Shown here one piece after another: positions 41,401 to 52,510 of a stretch of 64,000 nt of DNA (position 1 is the first letter of the stretch; each line of letters begins with the position of its first letter). The DNA comes from Marsupella aquatica (Eukaryota > Plantae > Marchantiophyta): contig OZ316892.1 of NCBI GenBank assembly GCA_973895155.1, forward strand, positions 4,548,510 through 4,612,509, read 5' to 3'. The notes below the pieces were generated by a model that was given only the letters and a program-made list of their open reading frames with translations, was not told the origin of the DNA and searched no databases. The position numbers and the translations under genes are program-made.

Positions 41401-43633
41401 ATTAGGATTTTAATTTCGTTGCGTGGTTAATATGATTGCCTCATGTATCTCTTCGTCCAGGGTGAGAGGAAACCGAAAAAGAAAAGAAAAAGGAAATGTC
41501 ACTGAGAGGCTTGAGTTGGACGTTAAGACTTGCTCACTTGTAATAACCAATGTACTGACCACGTAGTCTTGGTCTCTGAGCAGGCTGGAGCCTTGGTACA
41601 AGTTTATACTGATGGGACAGTTTTAGTAACCCATGGAGGAGTAGAAATGGGACAAGGTCTACATACGAAGGTGGCCCAAATTGCAGCCAGCGCCTTTGGA
41701 ATCCCGACGAGTCAAGTTTTCATCTCTGAGACCAGCACCGACAAGGTTTGTTCAATGGAATGGTTCATACTACTTCGCTTCGGTCTAGCATATATAAGTA
41801 GGCATTTATATCAACATGGGCGGGTTGATTTTGATATGTGTGAGATAGGTAACAATGTTAAGAAGCGTTAATAAACAACACAAATGGTCACTTGTAACAA
41901 TAGATCGATTTACACATGTTCAGTGTGAACTTTCCCTAATGGCAATACAATTCCGAAACAATTTTTTGGACGAGAGAGCTTTTCTGATTGCGTACTGTCC
42001 CACTTTTCAGGTGCCTAATGCGTCTCCTACGGCAGCTTCTGCAAGTTCGGATATGTATGGTGCTGCTGTATTAGATGCGTGCGAGCAGATTAAAGCCCGC
42101 CTGAGCCACCTGACTAAAGAAATGCCTCAAGCCTCATTTGCTGAGGTACGTACTGGAAAGTAGTGCAGCAGACAACGCCAAAGTTTGATTTTGGAATCGG
42201 TGTAACCACTTACTAAACTCGTTGTATGAATGTATGGCAGGTGGTACTTACTGGCTATTTACAGCGGGTCGACCTTTCAGCACATGGTTTCTTCATCACG
42301 CCTGATATTGGTTTTGATTGGGACGTTGGGAAAGGCAAGCCCTTTGCCTACTACACATTCGGTGCAGCCTTTGCAGAGACTGAGATTGACACGCTAACTG
42401 GAGACTTCTATCTTCGACGTGTGGATATCGTCATGGATTTAGGACACTCAATAAACCCTGCAATTGATATTGGCCAGGTCAGTCTCATGCTGAAGATCAA
42501 AGTAATTGTTGCTGCAGCATAGGGAGTACATGTAGTGTCGAGTATTAAGTTTTTTGCTGGGGATTGCTTTTTCTTGAGGGTTTCAACCATTAGATTGATG
42601 CGAGGAAATGTAGACCACTTCAAAGCTCAGCAGAGGTATCAAATCGGATGCTGACTGTGGTCTATGGTGGCTATTTGGTCTCGCAGATAGAAGGAGGATT
42701 TTTACAGGGCTTAGGGTGGGTAGCTTTGGAGGAGCTCAAGTGGGGTGACAAGGCCCATCCATGGGTGAGACCAGGCCACTTGTTCACACAGGGACCAGGA
42801 ACTTACAAAATACCAACTTGCAATGACGTCCCGATTGACTTTAGGGTTATGCTACTGAAGGTACAAACTTCGGTTCATTTCTAGCTTTTATACACTTTCG
42901 CATGTCAGCATCATTGTCCCGTCAAGTTCCCTTGACATGCTCACGAACATGCCTTTTGTATGCCCCTAGACCCTATGTCCTTGCAGAAGAGGGCCAATTT
43001 TGAAGTGAATGGAGTGCTTATAGTTCATTTTCAAAACTTCGGGGATTCAGGGCACCATAATTAGTCGCAGAAGAGGGCCAATTTTGAAGTGAATGGAGTG
43101 CTTATTGTTCATTTTCAAAACTGCGGTGATTCAAGTCACCATAATTAGTCCCTAATGTTCGATAACAAAAGAAAAAGTACGAAAAAAGCTGATTAACAAA
43201 GAAAAGAAGTACTTAAAAATGTATATTTTGTCCTCAAATTTCTGGGACAGTGGTGATTTAAGGACTTTGAAAAGCTCCTTTTCAGTATCATCCAGTTTAC
43301 ATTGCCCAGAAAGACTCCTTTAAAAGTATCATCCATTCATTTTACGTTGCCCAGAAAGTTAAGTCTACTGTGAATTTTGGTTGTGTGCAGGATGCTCCAA
43401 ATCCCAAGGCAGTCCATTCGTCCAAAGCAGTTGGAGAGCCACCATTGTTTTTGGCATCTGCAGCTCTATTTGCAATTAAGGATTCAATTTTGGCTGCCAG
43501 AAAGGACAGCGGACTGGATGGCTGGTTTGTGCTGGATACACCCGCCACTCCAGAACGCATTCGCATGGCATGTGCAGATTCATTTACTAAACCACATGCT
43601 GCCCCTGATATCCGGCCAAAATTAAGTGTCTAG
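35431..43633 (+). CDS. XDH: Xanthine dehydrogenase (molybdo-iron-sulfur flavoprotein), 14 exons, about 1,378 aa
   Basis: Exons 35431-35578, 36083-36182, 36531-36639, 37347-38849, 39059-39301, 39440-39775, 39933-40172, 40517-40801, 41091-41312, 41584-41745, 42011-42145, 42241-42477, 42687-42860, 43391-43633. 2Fe-2S motifs [23 protein letters not shown] and NLCRCTGY are present. [17 protein letters not shown] and LERAMFH give the XDH-type Glu/Arg rather than aldehyde oxidase residues. AFRGFGGPQ and catalytic SKAVGEPP are also present. Confidence 0.97.
42983..43150. repeat. About 84-bp tandem duplication in the last XDH intron
   Basis: GCAGAAGAGGGCCAATTTTGAAGTGAATGGAGTGCTTA occurs at 42983 and 43067. 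Confidence 0.85.
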
Positions 43634-45007
43634 TCTCTATTTTCCTGGGAATATCTAGTCTGTATTTTAGTATCCAAAGATCAAAAGCGGAGTCAACTCC
43701 GAATGGTGAAACATATAATGATAGTATAACCCTAGTTGTAGCACTGCAACATTAAAGAACAGCTTTTTACTGGTTTTCCTGAAGGGAGTCATCTGATTCC
43801 CTCTTTTTTTCACTAGGTAAAACTAAAAGGTATTGTTTTTTAAGGTTCCAGGTCATTATATGGTATATAAACGAGGCTCATCCAATCTCAGGATGAACTC
43901 TGTATAAAGTAGAGTAGAGAGGACGATACCAGGGTTGCAAGCCCATCCAGACAATTTTGTATAGTACTCCAATTGTGTACTATCTATGATGGGGTTCTTG
44001 CCGGTACTGAAGGTCACATGCAGAGGATGGCCTAGCTTTACCGTCCTGTAATGAAGCAAGAAAATTGCTGTGTCCAGTTGAGTTGAGGGCAGCCTTTCAA
44101 TTCGAGCAGGTCACTTTCGTGTGTGCAGCTCATTAGTGAAATCTTGTGATCTTCAGATTGTGTTCTTCGAAAGTAGAAGCTCAATATCTGTCATGCAGAT
44201 CTCAGCAAAGTTGAAGTTTGAGAAGAAAACGTTAGAAGCCCGTCAAGCAAGTTTTCAGAAAGTTTGTGAAAGAAAGAATTCTCCAAAGATTGTCAATGGG
44301 AAAGACTAGCATTCTGTTTGCATGGCCTCATGCAAACGGGACACTAAGATGCGCAAAAGCCTAGCAAACACGAAGGGTTTCACTCTACATCTCCGCAAAT
44401 CGAATTCGCTTGTGCCAAGTGGTTAAAAAAGCGCTTGGCCTCGGTCTTCACCGGAATGCAGAGCAAAGCGAGCTCAACAGATTGCATAGCAATGAGAAGG
44501 ATGATGACACGTAGGCACGTTGCCAGCCACTCATAAAAACAACCGGTGAATGCAAAACTTGGTTGTCGTGTCAGCTCTAGACGTTGAATTGGGTCGCCCC
44601 TTGTACCTTGTCTGCTCCGGCCAATTGTCAATTGTAAACGGGCCCACAAACAGCGAAGAAGGCCTGAGCAGGGGACTCAATGCGCAGGAGCCTACGACAC
44701 CATAGCTTTTGGGGTAGTGCATCTCGACTGGAACAGCTCGCATCCGCTGCTAGCATATCCATTGTACACAATAGTAGAATTAGAATTGTAGAAGCTGTGG
44801 TAACAAGCATCGTCCAACTTCTGATGCACCACAGTTGTAGGAGCCTCCACGCTGGATTGTCATTGGACGACTTCGAATGTAGCATTATTTCAGAAGTTTC
44901 TACGTTGAATTGTCATCAGACGACGCATTTGTTTTGAGGTAGTGCGTCAGGAATCGACATTGAATTCAGCACGGTGCCGGCGCAGCATAAGAAGTCCTCG
45001 GACAGGT

Positions 45008-46012
45008 ATGGCTTCCACGTTACATTCGTTGATGCGAATCCCTCTGCTATCCAGATTTCCGCTTCCCAGTAGCAAGGTGAGGAGTGGCATCATCGCCATA
45101 CCTGCCACTAGAGGTCTAAAATGTGGGTACCTGGGAAGGCGTGACTTCGTCACAGGCAGCACTGCTGCTGCTGCTACAATGCTTGTGGCCCTGTCCACTG
45201 CGACTCCCTCCGCCATTGCGGGCACATCAGCGCCACCAGATGCGTCATCATCGGCGCAGGAGGGAGTGAACCCAGGTCGTGAGAGCGGTGCTGGAAAGAC
45301 AGTCTTCGTCGCTGGATCGACGGGAAGCACAGGCAAGCGCATTGTGAGAGAGCTGCTCGCGAAGGGGTTTAAGGTGCGAGCCGGGTGCCGGGACATCGCC
45401 AAGGCGAGGCAGGCCCTTCTGTCTGGCAGTGGCGTCGACGGTGGTGACATCGAATTCGTGCTTGCGGACGTCACTCAGGGCAAGGAGAAGCTCGCTCAGG
45501 CTGTCAGGGGAGTGGACGCCGTCGTGGTCGCCACCGGCTTCCGCCCGAAAATCACCGATCCGCTCGCATCATGGAATGTTGACAATCTCGGCACTGTCGC
45601 TCTCGTCGATGCGTGCGGCATCGCCGGTGTGAAGCGCTTCGTGCTGGTGAGCTCTCTTCTGGTGAATGGAGCGGCTGTGGGACAATTCCTCAACCCCGCC
45701 TACATCTTTCTGAACCTCATCGGCCTCACTTTGGTGGCCAAGCTTCAAGCCGAGAAGTACGTCCGGCAGTCCGGAATCGAGTACACCATCATCAGACCCG
45801 GCGGATTGAAGAACGAGAGTCCGAGCGGGAACATTGTGCTTTCACCTGAGGACACTCTGTTCGATGGTTCTGTGTCGAGGGATACCGTCGCGCAGCTCGC
45901 TGTGGATTCATTGCTCTATCCGGAATCATCTTTCAAAGTGGTGGAGCTCGTTGCGAAACCTGATGCGCCTGTAAAGTCTGTGCAAGAACTCCTAGCGGCC
46001 ATAGGTGCTTAA
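45008..46012 (+). CDS. Plastid-targeted atypical SDR / NAD(P)-binding Rossmann protein (At2g34460-like, Tic62-NAD family), 334 aa, intronless
   Basis: ATG at 45008 followed by a Ser/Arg-rich transit-like N-terminus. Motifs VFVAGSTGSTGKRIV, DNLGTVALVDAC, LNPAYIFLN..GLTLVAKLQAEKY and YTIIRPGGL are present. Confidence 0.9.
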   Translation: MASTLHSLMRIPLLSRFPLPSSKVRSGIIAIPATRGLKCGYLGRRDFVTGSTAAAATMLVALSTATPSAIAGTSAPPDASSSAQEGVNPGRESGAGKTVFVAGSTGSTGKRIVRELLAKGFKVRAGCRDIAKARQALLSGSGVDGGDIEFVLADVTQGKEKLAQAVRGVDAVVVATGFRPKITDPLASWNVDNLGTVALVDACGIAGVKRFVLVSSLLVNGAAVGQFLNPAYIFLNLIGLTLVAKLQAEKYVRQSGIEYTIIRPGGLKNESPSGNIVLSPEDTLFDGSVSRDTVAQLAVDSLLYPESSFKVVELVAKPDAPVKSVQELLAAIGA

Positions 46013-46294
46013 TCAAATAAAGAAAATCCGAATTCGATTCAATTCCTAGATTCTTGTGATTCCTTGCACAGATGCTCCGAATTCGATTCAATTCCTCGAC
46101 TATTGTGATTCCTTGCACAGACGCTCCAAGCAGTTCAGAAATTCGTATGTTTGTGAATTGTGTAAATTATGATGCATGGGAGTCATTCCGAATTCGATTC
46201 TTCGACTCTTTGTAAACTAGCCTGATTGTTCTTTGATCTCAAATAGAGGTGAGAACATTCAAGCTCGTTCTCCGTTCATTCTCACACATTCGTG

Positions 46295-46755
46295 TCCAAT
46301 TGGTTTCAAAAAATGACTACTCACACGCAACCACATCACGCATTCGCTCCCAATTGGTTTCAGATGACTCACATGCAGCCCGTTCACCCTTCTCCTTCAA
46401 TTGGTTTCAAATGACTTCGGACACGAACATCGATTTCAGAACTTTTCTCCTTCAATTGGTTTCAAATGACTTCTCACACGAAGCATCAATTTCAGAACCC
46501 TTCTCCTTCAATTGGTTTCAATTTCAGAACTCTTCTCCTTCAGTTGGTTTCAAATGACTTCTCACACGAAGCATCAATTTCAGAACCCTTCTCCTTCAAT
46601 TGGTTTCAAATGATTTCTCACACTAAGCATCAATTTTCAGAACTTTTCTCCTTCAGTTGTTTTAAATGACTTCTCACACGAAGCATCAATTTCAGAACCC
46701 TTCTCCTTCAATTGGTTTCAAATGACTTCTCACAGGAAGCATCAATTTCAGAACT
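46295..46755. repeat. About 56-bp minisatellite (TTCTCCTTCAATTGGTTTCAAATGACTTCTCACACGAAGCATCAATTTCAGAAC), about 7-8 units
   Basis: CAATTGGTTTCA and GAAGCATCAATTTCAGAAC recur throughout the interval. Confidence 0.9.
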
Positions 46756-46979
46756 CGAGAGACTCATGTGAGGAATCACTTGATCCTCCTCAGGTCCCGC
46801 TACATTTCAGAATTTTGACAATTGCACCATAGCAGGTCGTGAGCAGATCGGAGAAGAAATTGCGTCAAAACAGAAATTGATACCGAAAGCTACTAGTATG
46901 TTGGAGGTCAACAACTCTTCAGTCCCTCAATAACACGGAGTCCAATCCAATCAGCCTGCCGTCCATGATGCAACACCCC

Positions 46980-47153
46980 GCAGCGCATAGCAACACCAGT
47001 TTGGTCAATGTTTTCCTCTCACTTTCGATCTTATTAAAAAAACTGGCACTGTCTAGTCTCCGTCGTGCAGCGCATAGCAACACCAGTTTGGTCAATGTTT
47101 TCCTCTCACTTTCGATCTTATTAAAAAAACTGGCACTGTCTAGTCTCCGTCGT
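46980..47153. repeat. 87-bp perfect tandem duplication
   Basis: GCAGCGCATAGCAACACCAG...CTCCGTCGT starts at 46980 and 47067. Confidence 0.95.
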
Positions 47154-48439
47154 GTGTTCAATGATCCCTCCCAGATGCCTTTCACATTCCAGATGCCTTT
47201 CACATTACATGTTATACTCTCACTCCTCTACCCTTCGACTAAAGTCTTGGCTTAAATCTTGGCATATGCCTATCGCGCATGGTGTAGTGCATCTTAGAGG
47301 CTCCCACGAGAACAAACCAACCATGGTGGGCAATCACAAGGAACAGAGGGACCTGCCAAACAAGAAGTGCTACCAAACGAGAAGTGTGTTTTTGATTTTG
47401 TAAAAATAGTATAAAATTTCAAATATAGATAATTTTTGTCCAAAAATATCAAATCAGTAAAATCTCCAAATAAGTTACACTTAATCATTCCTGCAAAGAA
47501 TATCTTTGGTTTGCTAATACAACTCTTATTCCCCACTACTTTTTTGTATATCAATGCCATCAAACCAAAACATCACAATAATCTAGAATTGGCCTCTTCT
47601 ACTTCAGAAGTATTTTGAAAAGTAGATACCCCGTATCCACTTTCCGATTCAAACTGGCCATTTCACGCCCAAAACAAATTGTTTTGATTGTTTTGGATCC
47701 TTTGGGGTTAAAAAAAGTAAAATTCCGGCAATAATTTCACCTCTGTAAAACCCCCTACCACACAAATGCTTCTCATGAAACCACAATCCCCTAACGTAGT
47801 TGGTCAAAATCCAAGCTCTCTCGAATGATAACCCTACAAACCAACAACAACACATTGACCGACCAAACAAGAAATGTCACCAGCAAATGAGAAGTGTGTT
47901 TTTGATTTTGCAAAAAATGACAAAAAATACCTAAAATTTATGTCAAAAACATGAATTCAATGATGAATCCAAAATTGGATCCAACAATGGATTCCAAGTT
48001 GGTATACTTTCTAACCAAAAATGCTGAATCCTTAAAATTTCTGATTTTATAACATTTTATCTCTCAAAAATTTAGAAAACATTAAACCCGTAAAACAATG
48101 ATTCCCAAGTACTCTCTCCAAACGATAAATCAATGCTTTCTCCCAAACTTAAGAAACTCTAATCTCCGTTCGGCAAGCAGATAACACAAACCAAAATGGG
48201 ATACGCCGATGGGATATTTGGCGTTTGCATTTACCAAAAAGGTAAAATTTTTAATATTTACCAATGGTAAATTAACCTACTACAAATAATTTACTGTCAA
48301 CCAGAGTCAATCTACACAGTCAGTTAAGTTAACCAAAGCACATCTTTGCGACTTATTTCAGGTTGAAGCACCACATGAATACGAGATGGGATCCATGTAT
48401 CCAATTATATCAGATTCAACCTCCTGTATTTGTCATCCG

Positions 48440-49178
48440 CCACTCTCAATCTCATAGTTGACAAGTTTGAATACTAATAGGGATCCGTGCCAAGAATTGT
48501 CGAAAAACACGGATACCAAATTAGGTGCCATTACTACATAGCACTCCAAGATTTTTGGGAATGCAGGTTCCCAATGGCACTAAAGAATTGACAAACTACT
48601 TCAAGAACCTAATTTGGTTGTTGAGAGTGAAGACCCGCCTAAATCTTGGGTTACATCTGTAATTAAGAGGAAATAGCTCTCGAGTCCTCGCCCCATATAT
48701 AGTGACAATTGGACCAATTACATTAAAGATGTATGCACTCGATCAAATGGTCTAGAGACTAAAATATGAGATTCTCGGCAGATGATAAGCTTGGACTTAG
48801 CTAATGCGCAGGGTATGCACGGGTCAGGATTAGTTGGTGACATCTGCTACTACCATCTCTTCAATATGTCTGTCAGCATGTAACTTTTATCTTTCATTTA
48901 ATTTGTGAATCTACAATGTAGGGTGTTGAGAGTACTGCGAGACCCACTATTGGCCGCAACAACTTGACAAACTGGCAAAGTACAGTTGGGGTCGAACAAT
49001 AAGTACTTTTAGAGCATCTACCTTGCGTGCTGTAGCCCCACTGTTGTGAACAACAAATTTGGACCGCCATCCATGCCAGCATACACCTAGCTCCTCGCTA
49101 GTTCTAGCAAGTGTTCCCACATGTTGCGGTATTACGGGTTTAAACCCTAAACTATTACGCATAATAGATAGTTGACAA

Positions 49179-49214
<36 letters not shown>

Positions 49215-49915
49215 GAGATGAACAGATTTACTTCAGGAAGAAGTGAAAGATGAACATATCCAGAACCAGGTGAGAACCCAACCCGCTTCACTATTGATCG
49301 TGAGTGCGTCTTCAGCATGACTCTCCCAGTGTCATGATTGTTAAAAAATTATATGGCGAATAGCCCCTATCTATCTTGTGTCAGATGATTTCATTAATGT
49401 ACTTGATAAGAGAATTGAACAGAGGTAAACACGTCAAAGGAATGGCGAATTAATTTGATGTGGATGGTTGACTGGTGTTGTACGCTTGAACTTGCATTGT
49501 GCCTTCCAAACTGCTCCTGAATCCTCTGCATGACAAATGGTGTTAGGATGCCACCTAAGACCACTAATATCTCGATGCATCTGAAAGAATACTACTGTTT
49601 GCCGTCCAGGGCTGAAAATTGGGATGTGGATCGTGCCAGAATGTGCTTACAGGAATTGCCAGGCAAGTCCGAACATGAAGCCTATGCGAGAATATATAAT
49701 CGTCCGTGCTAATGCTCCTTGAGCACAGCTTCCGGGTCTAGCTACAAGCTGATAATCCTGTCTTTGACAGATAGTTCCATCGATCAACAAACTTTGAGGA
49801 GTCACATGATTGAAGATAGGACGATTCAGACAAGTCAAGCATCTAGCTTCCATGAGTGATTATTGACACGGTCTTCCAACTTCGTGAACGAGTGTGTAGA
49901 ATCACGCAAAACTGA
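48440..49915 (-). mobile_element. Decayed Ty1/Copia gag-protease-integrase relic
   Basis: Broken minus-strand frames run in Copia order. Gag-like: KLEDRVNNHSWKL...ALARTIIYSRIG. Weakly protease-like: SGYVHLS..NLFISY. Integrase-like: PCIPCALAK..RPFDRVHT..GPI..SYFLLITD..VLCSNGT*F..FRQFL. There are many stops and frameshifts, and a (TA)n tract at about 49179-49212. Confidence 0.55.
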
Positions 49916-49959
49916 CTCTACGCTGTAGGAAGGAAAAATCTACAGAATTATATCATGCA

Positions 49960-50272
49960 AATTAATGTAAGGCCCATAATTAACCTATCGACTCAGTAGA
50001 TATGCAAAGCAGACTCGAGGATAAATTTCCGGAAAGAAAGCAATTGCATACGAGAATTAGTGCTCATTTCATTATGATCCTGAGAAAGCCAGAACAGAGT
50101 ACATATGTGATGCTAGACGATCCTCAGTCCTCCTGCTCACCGTTGTCCCGGCCCACTGCTGCCATCTGGCTACAGCGTATTCAAATCGATCGAGAGCGCG
50201 CGCGCTATGTCCCTTGTCAGGCTGACACTACTAACCGACACGCATGTTTTGACGAGCACCTAACGGGGAAGT
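49960..50272. repeat. Truncated third copy of the 3' flank of the duplicated orphan gene
   Basis: CAGAGTACATATGTGA, CATCTGGCTACAGC and AGGCTGACACTACTAACCG are shared with about 55040-55305 and 61120-61402. Confidence 0.85.
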
Positions 50273-50526
50273 ATGCCTTCAATGCGCCAGTTTTCCCTGA
50301 AAGTAAGATTTCGGGTGGGATTTACTGCCAGATATAAAGAAATTCGTTGTTAAGGTAATTAAGCCTATTAAGATTGTGACAACATTATACCATTGTATTT
50401 CACATTTAAATATATTTTACTGTAAGTATAGGCCTAGTGTACCAAACTACCCTTTTGTCCGGAAATTTCAGAAAGTGGGACTTACAGACAGGGACGTGTA
50501 ATTCGTTGTAACGGTAGGCCAGACTA

Positions 50527-50910
50527 TAATCGATCATTTCTCACTTCCATTCCCAACTCTTTGTACCAGTAGGTGCATGCGTTACTGTGTACAATCGATC
50601 ATTTGTCAGTTTCCATTCCCAACTCTTTGTACCAGTAGGTGCATGTGTTACTGTGTACAATCGATCATTTGTCAGTTTCCATTCCCAACTCTTTGTATCA
50701 GTAGATGTCGTATGGTGTCGAATCTGTCATTTGTCAGTTTCCATTCCCAACTCTTTGTACCAATTCAATAGATGTGGTATGCATGGTGCAGGATCGGTCG
50801 TTTGTCAGTTTCCATTCCCAACTCTTTGTACCAGTAGATGTGGTATAGCGTAGAATCGGTTATTTGTCAGTTTCCATTCCCAACTCAAAGTACGTACCAG
50901 TAGATATGGA
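50527..50910. repeat. Six-unit tandem array (about 61-72 bp) upstream of the homeobox gene
   Basis: The core TTTGTCAGTTTCCATTCCCAACTC occurs near 50537 (diverged), 50602, 50667, 50730, 50801 and 50863. Confidence 0.9.
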
Positions 50911-51462
50911 ATGGTGAACCTTCCCGTATTTAAGCATCCAGACAGATCTATCAGGGGCACTGTACACTGTCCTGAAATTTTTGAAAGCTTGTTATCCTGA
51001 AAGTTGGCGGATCGGAAGCCTTCTCACATAAGTTTCATAGAGAGAGCTTTCACTTTGGGCGGATTTCAATCTGCAATAGAGTAGCAAGGACTGCAGGATC
51101 TGAACGAAGGTGGGGACGTGGGGATCTAAGGAAGGGAAGAGGATATGGGCGGGGATATTGGAGGCCTGGAGCTAGTGCAACCAGATCGAAGTGGGGTGCA
51201 GAGAATTGATATGTAGGTACGTGCAGACACGTTCGAGGCAATAACCAGGGAAGAAACAAGAGAAGGAACCTGTAGTTCCTAAAACCTTCTATGGAGGTGA
51301 GATCTGCAGCTGGGAGCAACAGTCCGACGAGAGATTACAATAAACTTCAGAGCATGCATCTAAAACCACTATAGGAGGAGAAACTCCCAAGGGATGTATA
51401 GTGCAGAACCTCTGCTTGAGATTTGTGACATTCGCAGCTAGCTGAAACGAAGGCTCTAGAAA

Positions 51463-52510
51463 ATGGACTCAGACTCAGACTGGTCTGACGAGGACATAAA
51501 TAGATTTTCAGCTCGGCACTTGACGTGTTGCCAGAGTTAGACGAACCACTACAAACTCATGGGAGCATTCAGGTTCCCATTGTGCACCATTTCCAATCTG
51601 GAGTGCCAGATCGGGATACATACCATTTGGACGAATCAAAGTTGGTCGATGCAGGCCCTCAAGCTCCAAGTTTTCCAACGGATCATTCCGGATCAGAGCT
51701 AAGAGATGGTTGCGGGCAACGACGTCCTAACAATCCAGCACACCACGAATCAGAGATGAGGCAAGCTCTCTCCAGCTCACCGGTGCCTGGACCTGATCAA
51801 GGAGAAGCTCCAGAGACATCCGCTCCAGCTGTATCCAACTTTGAAGGCATGACGGAACGTCCAGCACTCATCACTGAAGACATGATTATGGAAGCCAGGC
51901 TATTAGCTTCTATGAAAAGATGGAGACGGCAAGATCGCCAATCTATGAAAAGATGGAGACGGCAAGATCGCCAATTCTTCCACAGTTACTGAGCAGTGTT
52001 GATTTAACTCTTCAGAAATTACAGCATGATAATGTTCCAGCCACATTGGAAATATTCACAAAGGAGGCTTGCAAATGGGTTTACAGATACATGAGAGGCC
52101 AAAAGGACAGAAGAGTTGCAGTGCATCCTCAGCACATCAAGGATATACCAAAAAACTGGCGGCTTCAGAACCCTGGCAGCTTTTACCCCTCGGAAAAAGA
52201 ATTTGAAGACATAGCACTAGACAACGGAATGGAGAAGCGCCAGGTCTCGAGCCTTTTTGAAAATGACAGGAAGAGGAATCTGAAGGAGAGCACTGAGCTC
52301 GAAGGAAAACTGAAATCTCACTTTCAACCGCACATCACTAACGCTCTTAAAGATTGGCAAGCCCAGAATCCACGGCGTCGACACCCAAATAAAGACCAAC
52401 GAAATGTTTTGATGGAGGAAACTGGATTGAACATAAAACAGATCGTGGATTGGTGTAATAACCACAGAGTTGGAAGAAATCGCTCCAGGAGAAGGAACAT
52501 CCAAGTATGA
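51463..52510 (+). CDS. Divergent TALE-class homeobox gene with two tandem homeodomains. The 5' structure is uncertain (frameshifted pseudogene or cryptic introns).
   Basis: HD1 is KNWRLQNPGSFYPSEKEFEDIALDNGMEKRQVSSLFENDRKR (about 52110-52280). HD2 is KDWQAQNPRRRHPNKDQRNVLMEETGLNIKQIVDWCNNHRVGR (about 52310-52490). Both have W-x9-P spacing (three-residue loop extension) and P-x21-[W/L]-x-x-N-x-R, as in KNOX/BELL. The upstream acidic/Pro-rich ORFs (ATG 51463; 51525..51992) lie in other frames. Confidence 0.7.

Noticed and set aside
35431-43633. Possible aldehyde oxidase rather than XDH
   Set aside because: The XDH-diagnostic GGKETR Glu, LERAMFH Arg and FFLGYRK motif are all present.
44380-45474. 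Antisense and upstream ORFs around the Rossmann gene
   Set aside because: They are shadows of GC-rich coding or promoter sequence and carry no motifs.
50527-50910. CRISPR-like look (conserved core with variable spacers); similar at 46295-46755
   Set aside because: The spacers are homologous to each other, the context is eukaryotic and there are no cas genes. These are ordinary minisatellites.
13054-52510. Idea of a reproductive gene cluster (flagellar-type protein plus TALE factor)
   Set aside because: They are separated by housekeeping genes and neither function is established. Proximity alone is not evidence.
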